Part shown: piece after piece, positions 58,453 through 64,000 of the stretch
Numbering within the stretch: the stretch's first letter is position 1
Layout of the letters: each line of letters begins with the position of its first letter
Source of the DNA: a virus
Reading direction: 5' to 3' (one strand)
Length of the DNA stretch: 64,000 bases
Virus record (IMG/VR): IMGVR_UViG_3300032282_002092
Coordinates: 9,458 to 73,457 of that record
Notes under the pieces: model-generated
Told to the model about the DNA's origin: nothing
The model's database searches: none
Seen by the model: only the letters and a program-made list of their open reading frames with translations
Position numbers and translations under genes: made by a program

Positions 58453-59283
58453 TCAGGCGCTGCGCTTGGCGACCTTGGCCTCTGCGAGCAGGGCGAGCGT
58501 CTCAGGGCTGTCTACCCAGCCCTCCACCTTGCGCACGCACACCGGGCCGACACCACGAGACACGCTGACTGCGTCCTCCAGCGCCTTGCGGCAGAGGCCA
58601 CACTCGCCCGTGATCGAAGCGTACGCAGCGAGCGCTGCCTGAGGGTCGGCGGCGATGACGGCGAGCGCCTCGCTGATCTTGCCCACGTACCGCTGGCCGG
58701 GCCGCTGCGAGCCGTACTTGGTCTGCTGGCCGTAGGCAGCGCCGTCGGACACGAACACCCAGCCAGCCCACTTGCCGGTGGTCACGTTGCGCACGGACAC
58801 CTTCAGACGGGTGTCGCCGTTCGGCACTGCGTAGTGGCCGGTGGGCAGGTTGCTGATGTCGATTCCGGTCGGTGCCGGGGCTGCGACCGTCTCGCCGGTC
58901 ACGGTGGCGACGAGGGTGGTGAGCGCAGCGGTGGTGGCGGCGGCGAGGTCACGGTTGCCCTCGTTGCAGACGGCCGTCACGTCGGCCATGAGCGCACCAG
59001 CGGTGGCGAGCACGTCAGCGGTGAACGCTGCCGGGTTGGCATCGTGCAGGTCGTTCAGGCGGTTGGCGAGGTCGGCCACGGGCTGGGCGAACTTGGACAC
59101 GCACTTCACGAACATGTTGGTGGCGCTGGTGATCTGCCCATCGGACAGGCGGCGGTTGGGCTTGGCCTGACGGGCGAGCGACACGGCGAAGTCGGACCAG
59201 CCCTGCTGGGCGAGCCATGCGACGAGCGCCTCGTACGAGGCAGGGGCGACGACGGTGGACGGGGAGGTGGTGGTGGTGGTCAT
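58453..59283 (-). CDS. DUF6011-like protein
   Basis: C-terminal CGLCRKALED..S..RGVGPVC; leaderless start MTTTTT. Confidence 0.7.
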   Translation of the reverse strand: MTTTTTSPSTVVAPASYEALVAWLAQQGWSDFAVSLARQAKPNRRLSDGQITSATNMFVKCVSKFAQPVADLANRLNDLHDANPAAFTADVLATAGALMADVTAVCNEGNRDLAAATTAALTTLVATVTGETVAAPAPTGIDISNLPTGHYAVPNGDTRLKVSVRNVTTGKWAGWVFVSDGAAYGQQTKYGSQRPGQRYVGKISEALAVIAADPQAALAAYASITGECGLCRKALEDAVSVSRGVGPVCVRKVEGWVDSPETLALLAEAKVAKRSA

Positions 59284-59340
59284 GCCCACGAGTCTGGCAG
59301 CGAGGTGAGCGCATACCAACCTCAGTGCGCAGATTTCTGG
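59284..59340 (-). promoter_or_regulatory. Cassette promoter P2
   Basis: CCAGAAATCTGCGCACTGAGG-TTGGTA-N17-CAGACT-N7-ATG; upstream block identical to P1. Confidence 0.7.
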
Positions 59341-59355
59341 GCGTACCGGGATATG

Positions 59356-59388
59356 AAACGGGCCACCCCCGATATGGGAGTGGCCCGT
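59356..59388 (-). terminator. Terminator hairpin after the SNF2 gene
   Basis: ACGGGCCAC.CCC...GGG.GTGGCCCGT. Confidence 0.7.
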
Positions 59389-59410
59389 CGCTGGTATGGC
59401 ACTCAGCGAA

Positions 59411-61051
59411 TCACGAGACGAACCTGCGGAGCACGGCCTCCATGACCGACTCGCTGGGGACCGTCACGTCGGGGTTGCCGATGTTGATGGCATCGGTGAT
59501 CTGGGCCTTGGTCTGGAGCACGTCCCAGAGGTCCATGTCGAACGACGGCTCGCCGTCTGCGTAGGCGGTCTGGAGGACGTGGTAGTTGACCGTCTCGCCC
59601 CGGTCAGCACGGGCCTTGCTGAGATCGTCGCAGCGGAGCGTGCGGCCTGCGGCCTGAGCGATGGCACCGGCCGACCATGGCAGTTGCACGAACAGCGTGT
59701 CGCTGGCTGCGGTGAGCGTGACGGCCTGCGAGGCTGCGGCCAGTTGGGCGAGGATGACGTTGTACCGGCCAGTCTGGAAGCCTTCCTCTGCGTCACGGCG
59801 GCTGGCGGCGGTGGACGAACCGTTGATCTCGCACACACGAGCGCCAGCGTTGAGGAACGCAGCGGCGAGGGCCGTGTACACGGAGCGGTGCTCGTAGAAC
59901 ACGACGATGCTCTTGCCCTCGTCCAGCAGGGGCTGGGCCAGTTCGACGGCCGCATCGACCTTGGCGAGGCCTGCGTACTCACGGAGGCGCATCAGTTCAA
60001 GGATGACCTGCGCACGCTCTGCACGCCACGCTGCGTCCACGCCCTTCTGCTCACGCACCCAGTCAAGGAAGTTTCGCTTGATGCGGTCGTACGTGCGCAT
60101 TGCATCGTTGGCGACGGCGAGGGGCTGCACGAGCCAGCCGAAGCCGGGGAGCATGCCGGGGTCCATCTCGCGCTTCTCACGGCGCACGTAGCAGGTGCTG
60201 CGCAGGTTGTGGTGGAGGTCAAGCAGGTTGGCGAAGCCGTCGAACGAGTAGCCGTAGCCGTTGTTGACCGGGTTGCAGTACCGCCACTTGAAGGCGCTCA
60301 GGGTGCGAGCAGCAACGCCGTCCTTGGCGGCAACGGCCTTCACGAGGTCGTCCCCCCCGGCGATGCGAATCTGCATGAGCGCCTCAATCGGGCGGTTGCT
60401 GGTGAGCGTGCCGGTGGCGACCACGACGGCACCGCCACGGCTGCGCACGTCCTCTGCCACGGTGAGCATGACGTGACCACGGAGGTTCGGCTCGCCTGCG
60501 TTGCCCTTGTCACGGTGCGACTCGTCACGCACCACGAAGTCGATGGTCTGGGTGAGGGCGTTGGCGGTGTAGACCTTCTTGCCGTTCACCTTGGCGGTGT
60601 CGCAGAGCCACGCCTGAAGGGTGCGCGGGTCGTCGCCCATCCACACGATGTTGGCATCGGCCGGGACGGCGGTCGGCTTGTGACCGAAGGCCTTGAACAT
60701 GCGGAGGCCGGGGAACGTGGCGGCGAGTTCACGGACGTAACCGGAGTAGTTGGCGACCGGGGTGACGATCAGCGCACGGGTCTTGCTGTGGATGGCGAGC
60801 AGGGCGAGCAGGACACGGGTCTTGCCCATGCCCATGTCATCTCCCAGCACGAGGCCACGGCGGCGGCTGATCACGTCGATGCCTGCCTTGATGGCTGAGT
60901 ACTGGTGGGGGTAGAGCGAGCCAGCGATGAGGCCGGGGATGTCGAACGGCTCGCAGGCAAGCGACTGCGATGCGGTGACGACTGCTGCGATGTCGTCAGC
61001 GGTCGGCTTGGGCTGGGTGAGGGGCTGCTGTGGTGAGGTGAAGAGTGCCAT
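59411..61051 (-). CDS. SNF2-family (SF2) helicase/translocase
   Basis: LYPHQ, LGDDMGMGKT, DESH, TGT...NRP.E, RREK, LTAA...F.QLPW and QA.GR..R motifs. Confidence 0.9.
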   Translation of the reverse strand: MALFTSPQQPLTQPKPTADDIAAVVTASQSLACEPFDIPGLIAGSLYPHQYSAIKAGIDVISRRRGLVLGDDMGMGKTRVLLALLAIHSKTRALIVTPVANYSGYVRELAATFPGLRMFKAFGHKPTAVPADANIVWMGDDPRTLQAWLCDTAKVNGKKVYTANALTQTIDFVVRDESHRDKGNAGEPNLRGHVMLTVAEDVRSRGGAVVVATGTLTSNRPIEALMQIRIAGGDDLVKAVAAKDGVAARTLSAFKWRYCNPVNNGYGYSFDGFANLLDLHHNLRSTCYVRREKREMDPGMLPGFGWLVQPLAVANDAMRTYDRIKRNFLDWVREQKGVDAAWRAERAQVILELMRLREYAGLAKVDAAVELAQPLLDEGKSIVVFYEHRSVYTALAAAFLNAGARVCEINGSSTAASRRDAEEGFQTGRYNVILAQLAAASQAVTLTAASDTLFVQLPWSAGAIAQAAGRTLRCDDLSKARADRGETVNYHVLQTAYADGEPSFDMDLWDVLQTKAQITDAINIGNPDVTVPSESVMEAVLRRFVS

Positions 61052-61107
61052 GACCCAGAATCTAGCCACGGGCTGGGCCGTTACCCACCCCAGTGAGCCG
61101 ATTTCTT
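61052..61107 (-). promoter_or_regulatory. Cassette promoter P3
   Basis: AAGAAATCGGCTCACTGGGG-TGGGTA-N17-TAGATT-N7-ATG. Confidence 0.65.
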
Positions 61108-61419
61108 GGCCCGATGAGCAGAAATAGCCTCTGACCTGCGGAAACGTGCTCACTATGCGAAAGACCCTGTTGAACACTGGGTTTCTGACGATTTCACCCC
61201 CTCTGAGCAGGGCAAATGCCGATATCAGAGAATCGTCATTTCGCTCAGGATCGACGTGGTGAGCAGAAATGGGTGCGTAGTGCGCAGGATTCGTGCGTGG
61301 CTCTGAGAGCGAAATAGAGGCCTCTCAGGGAGAGATCATCCCGTATCCCCATATGCAACCTGTTTGTGGGATTTCTTTGTCTGCGGGAGGCGTCGGTGCG
61401 ACGAGGCCGGTTAACGGGA

Positions 61420-61447
61420 GAGGCCCACCCCGTTGGGGGTGGGCCTC
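61420..61447 (-). terminator. Terminator-like hairpin
   Basis: GAGGCCCACCCC...GGGGTGGGCCTC. Confidence 0.7.
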
Positions 61448-61493
61448 AGTCACCGCTCCCCACCACAAGGAGCGTGGGTGGTGTAGGTGGGGG

Positions 61494-61700
61494 TCATCTC
61501 CTGAGCAGTCGTTCGGGCTGGAGCGCCGCCTCCCAGCGAGCGCACTCGTCGCAGCGGTGAGAGTCGATGCTCGTCGTATCGTCGGTGATGCCCACCGTGT
61601 GGGACCACCGCCTCGTGTGTGCCTTCAGGGCACGGAGGCTGCGGAACGACTTGGACAGGCGGTCGCAGGAGTCGCACTCCAGTAGGTATCGCATCGTCAT
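61494..61700 (-). CDS. Small Zn-binding protein
   Basis: CDSC...H.CDEC; GGAGG ribosome-binding site. Confidence 0.55.
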   Translation of the reverse strand: MTMRYLLECDSCDRLSKSFRSLRALKAHTRRWSHTVGITDDTTSIDSHRCDECARWEAALQPERLLRR

Positions 61701-61924
61701 AGCGGCACCTCCTGCTGAGAGAGCGAGACACGCATACCCCGGTATCGATTGCCCAAGGCCCGAATCACGGCGAGCAGGAGGTCGTCGTTGTCAGGGTGGC
61801 GAATCGTCAGGGTGCTGTCCCCGAACAGGCGCATGTCCTGCGTGACGAGGCTGAACTGGCCGCTGTGCTCGTCCCAGTACGAGGACAGGACATCGGCTGG
61901 CCCGGTGAGCGTGAGGTCGATCAT
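61697..61924 (-). CDS. Hypothetical protein
   Basis: ATGA overlaps at both ends (start MIDLTLTG). Confidence 0.5.
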   Translation of the reverse strand: MIDLTLTGPADVLSSYWDEHSGQFSLVTQDMRLFGDSTLTIRHPDNDDLLLAVIRALGNRYRGMRVSLSQQEVPL

Positions 61925-62526
61925 GCCGCCACCGCCACCGTGCCGTCGCCGTCGCAACGCTCGCAACGCTCCCCGTTTTCAATGCCGTCTACGTCCGGTT
62001 GGCCGTCAGGGTGGTAGCCCAGCCCCTTGCAGGACGGGCACTCCTGCGGTGCGTCCGACACCTCCAGACCCACGAGGTTCATTGCGACGAACGGGTCCAG
62101 ACTGATGCGCACGTAGCCGTCGTACGAGAAATATACGAGGTCGGGGTCGCAGCCCAGCATGGCGACGAGGGCGGCGGTGAGCGCCTCGTGGTTGCCCTCC
62201 AGTGCCGCACGTCGAACATCCGATGCCTTGCGCTGCTCATCGAACAGCGCACGGTCAGCGATGCGCTGGGCCTCTTGCGCCGCTGCCTGTGCTGCTCTCA
62301 CGGCGAGGAATTCGGGGATGCTGTTGGCGATGCAGCACTGGATGTCCCGGTTGAGGAACGTGCGCGACCAGTCGCTGATCTGCCCATCGGGCAGCAATAC
62401 CTGAACCTTCACGGAGTCCGTTCCTGTGCTGGTGATGATGGCATCGTTGGTGTTCCACCGCCTGCCGACGATGAACACCGCCTGAGGGTGCTCAGAGATG
62501 ACCTTGCGGATGTCGTTGCCTTTCAT
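61921..62526 (-). CDS. Hypothetical protein with a DnaJ-type CxxCxGxG zinc finger
   Basis: CPSCKGLG...CERCDGDG. Confidence 0.65.
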   Translation of the reverse strand: MKGNDIRKVISEHPQAVFIVGRRWNTNDAIITSTGTDSVKVQVLLPDGQISDWSRTFLNRDIQCCIANSIPEFLAVRAAQAAAQEAQRIADRALFDEQRKASDVRRAALEGNHEALTAALVAMLGCDPDLVYFSYDGYVRISLDPFVAMNLVGLEVSDAPQECPSCKGLGYHPDGQPDVDGIENGERCERCDGDGTVAVAA

Positions 62527-62831
62527 GCTGTTGCCTCCAGTTGGCGTAGTGTCGAAAGATCGACGGTGGTGTTGAGGTCAGTTCCGAACGTTCCGATGAC
62601 GTAGAAGTTCGTTTCGGGGTCAATTTCGACGGCGTTGAGAGTGGAAGTGCCGGTGGGCTTCCAGTCAACGTTGCTAGCCACCACGGTGACCATGTGGCTG
62701 ATGTGGTACGTCTTCAGCACGCCCTCGTTCGTGAGGGCCGTCCAACGGTTGCCCACCGGGAACGACCACATGACTTGTGTCATGGCAGTCGATTCCATGA
62801 GGCCGGGGATGGTGGTGAGGCCGGTGTTCAT
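62523..62831 (-). CDS. Hypothetical protein
   Basis: ATGA-coupled ORF. Confidence 0.55.
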   Translation of the reverse strand: MNTGLTTIPGLMESTAMTQVMWSFPVGNRWTALTNEGVLKTYHISHMVTVVASNVDWKPTGTSTLNAVEIDPETNFYVIGTFGTDLNTTVDLSTLRQLEATA

Positions 62832-63028
62832 TCGCCTGCCTTCCAGTTGAGCACGGTCCCGAATGCGACCTGCTCCATAGCCTCGTCAAAGCCGCAGTCG
62901 GAGCAGATTTCCGTGGTGTTGTCCAACCGGGACAGGGCACCGGGGTACTGACCGGCGTAGACGCTGTTGGGGATGAGGCCGTTGCAGCGAGGGCAGATCG
63001 GCTTTGTGTCTTTGGTGTTGGTGTCCAA
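62828..63028 (-). CDS. Small Zn-finger protein
   Basis: ICPRC...YPGALSR.DN.TEICSDCG..EA; TTG start after GAAAGGAA. Confidence 0.65.
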   Translation of the reverse strand: MDTNTKDTKPICPRCNGLIPNSVYAGQYPGALSRLDNTTEICSDCGFDEAMEQVAFGTVLNWKAGE

Positions 63029-63055
63029 CGGGGTTCCTTTCGGTGGTGGGAGGTG

Positions 63056-63104
63056 GACGGTAGCGGCGAGGTGAGCAGATGCCAACCTGCTCACGAGATT
63101 TCTT
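63056..63104 (-). promoter_or_regulatory. Cassette promoter P4
   Basis: AAGAAATCTCGTGAGCAGG-TTGGCA-N17-TACCGT; spacer nearly identical to P2. Confidence 0.7.
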
Positions 63105-63234
63105 CAGGGCGTTCCTGAGGGCGGTGAGTCATGTGAGAATTCCATGAGAGGCCTCCAGAATGCCCCCAGATCGACGCAAACGTGCTCACGGTCCATTGGG
63201 TGCGCAGGTTTCTCTGGAGGCATCTGAGCGCCTC

Positions 63235-63561
63235 TCAGGAGGGCAGCGGAGGTTCGACGGTGATATCGGGGTTAGAGATGCCCGTATGCATCTCCCGAAC
63301 GATGGAGACGGCGTGCTCCTGCACGTCCGTATCTGGCTTGTCGATGGGCCACACGGTGATCGATGCGTCGCACGAGGGCATGTAGTCAGCGAGCATCCCG
63401 GGAACCGGGATAGCCACCACGGGCTTCAGCATCTCGTTCAGTTCGGGGTTCTCGTGGTCCATGTTGTAGACGACGACATTGCGCCCAAGTGCGTCCTTGC
63501 AGGCGATCTTCACGATGTCGCCCATCCACAGGTGGATGATGATGGGGTTGTTGGTGTTCAC
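63235..63561 (-). CDS. Hypothetical protein
   Basis: GAGGAG ribosome-binding site and GTG start. Confidence 0.55.
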   Translation of the reverse strand: MNTNNPIIIHLWMGDIVKIACKDALGRNVVVYNMDHENPELNEMLKPVVAIPVPGMLADYMPSCDASITVWPIDKPDTDVQEHAVSIVREMHTGISNPDITVEPPLPS

Positions 63562-63570
63562 GGTGTCTCC

Positions 63571-63999
63571 TCAGACGGGCCAGTGGTAGGGAATGGTGGG
63601 CGGCACGGTCGGCCACAGTGGGCCGTAGTGCTCTGGGAACTTGCGGACGAGGTTCGACTGGTGCGAGAGCGTGACTTGATCGTCGTCCAGCCACCACGGT
63701 GGGAGAACGTCCCAGCGCTGGACATCGATGTCGGGGAACATCTCACGGACCTTGTCGGCGCACGTATCCCGATATCCGCGATCCGACCACGTCTCGCACA
63801 TGAGGAGCGTGTAGTGGGCGAGGCTGATCTCGTTGCCCCTCCACATGCGGACGGCCGGGTGGTTCTGCCAGCCCGTACTCAGGCCGGACAGTGTGCGCAG
63901 AATCTGGAGGCCTTCGACTCGCTGCTTGCCCAGTCGCTGGCGGTCCAGCAGACCGGCCGTGCTCTGGAAGTCGATGCCGGTGGGCACGAACGTCTGCAT
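63571..63999 (-). CDS. Pyrimidine-dimer DNA glycosylase-like protein (MSMEG_6728 family)
   Basis: MQTF.P...LD..RLGKQRVE..QIL...GW.NHPAV.MWRG...SHQSNL.RK.P.HY...Y.WP. Confidence 0.85.
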   Translation of the reverse strand: MQTFVPTGIDFQSTAGLLDRQRLGKQRVEGLQILRTLSGLSTGWQNHPAVRMWRGNEISLAHYTLLMCETWSDRGYRDTCADKVREMFPDIDVQRWDVLPPWWLDDDQVTLSHQSNLVRKFPEHYGPLWPTVPPTIPYHWPV

Positions 64000-64000
64000 C

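Noticed and set aside
56633-60898. Long plus-strand ORFs (529, 358 and 500 aa)
   Set aside because: Typical high-GC antisense shadows of minus-strand genes that have recognisable motifs, promoters and terminators.

Overview
This is a 64 kb slice of a large tailed-phage (myovirus) genome. The host is probably an actinobacterium, inferred from many leaderless TAnnnT-N7-ATG promoters, an MSMEG_6728-like gene and a high-GC gene block. Four zones are visible. (1) 1-36.2 kb is a minus-strand virion operon: portal, scaffold, major capsid, neck, sheath, tube, tape measure, baseplate, fibres, two endolysins and a collagen/glycosyltransferase/methyltransferase trio. (2) 36.2-45.6 kb holds the large terminase, a metallophosphoesterase, small genes and a tRNA-Leu(UAA). 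(3) 45.6-56.3 kb is a tightly packed, AT-richer array of about 16 single-domain genes that fall into paralogous families: GNAT-like x4, an unknown family x4 plus a fragment, ADP-ribosyltransferase-like x3, HExxH zincin x2 and ParB-like x1. It looks like a phage polyvalent protein split into separate effectors, and several members have 5' TTA codons next to the TTA-reading tRNA. This array is the most promising novel system here. (4) After a non-coding junction at about 56.3-57.2 kb comes a GC-rich block of promoter-gene-terminator cassettes with repeated promoter and operator-like motifs (SNF2 helicase, DUF6011-like protein, pyrimidine-dimer glycosylase-like protein). All calls come from reading motifs and synteny by eye; no database searches were run.
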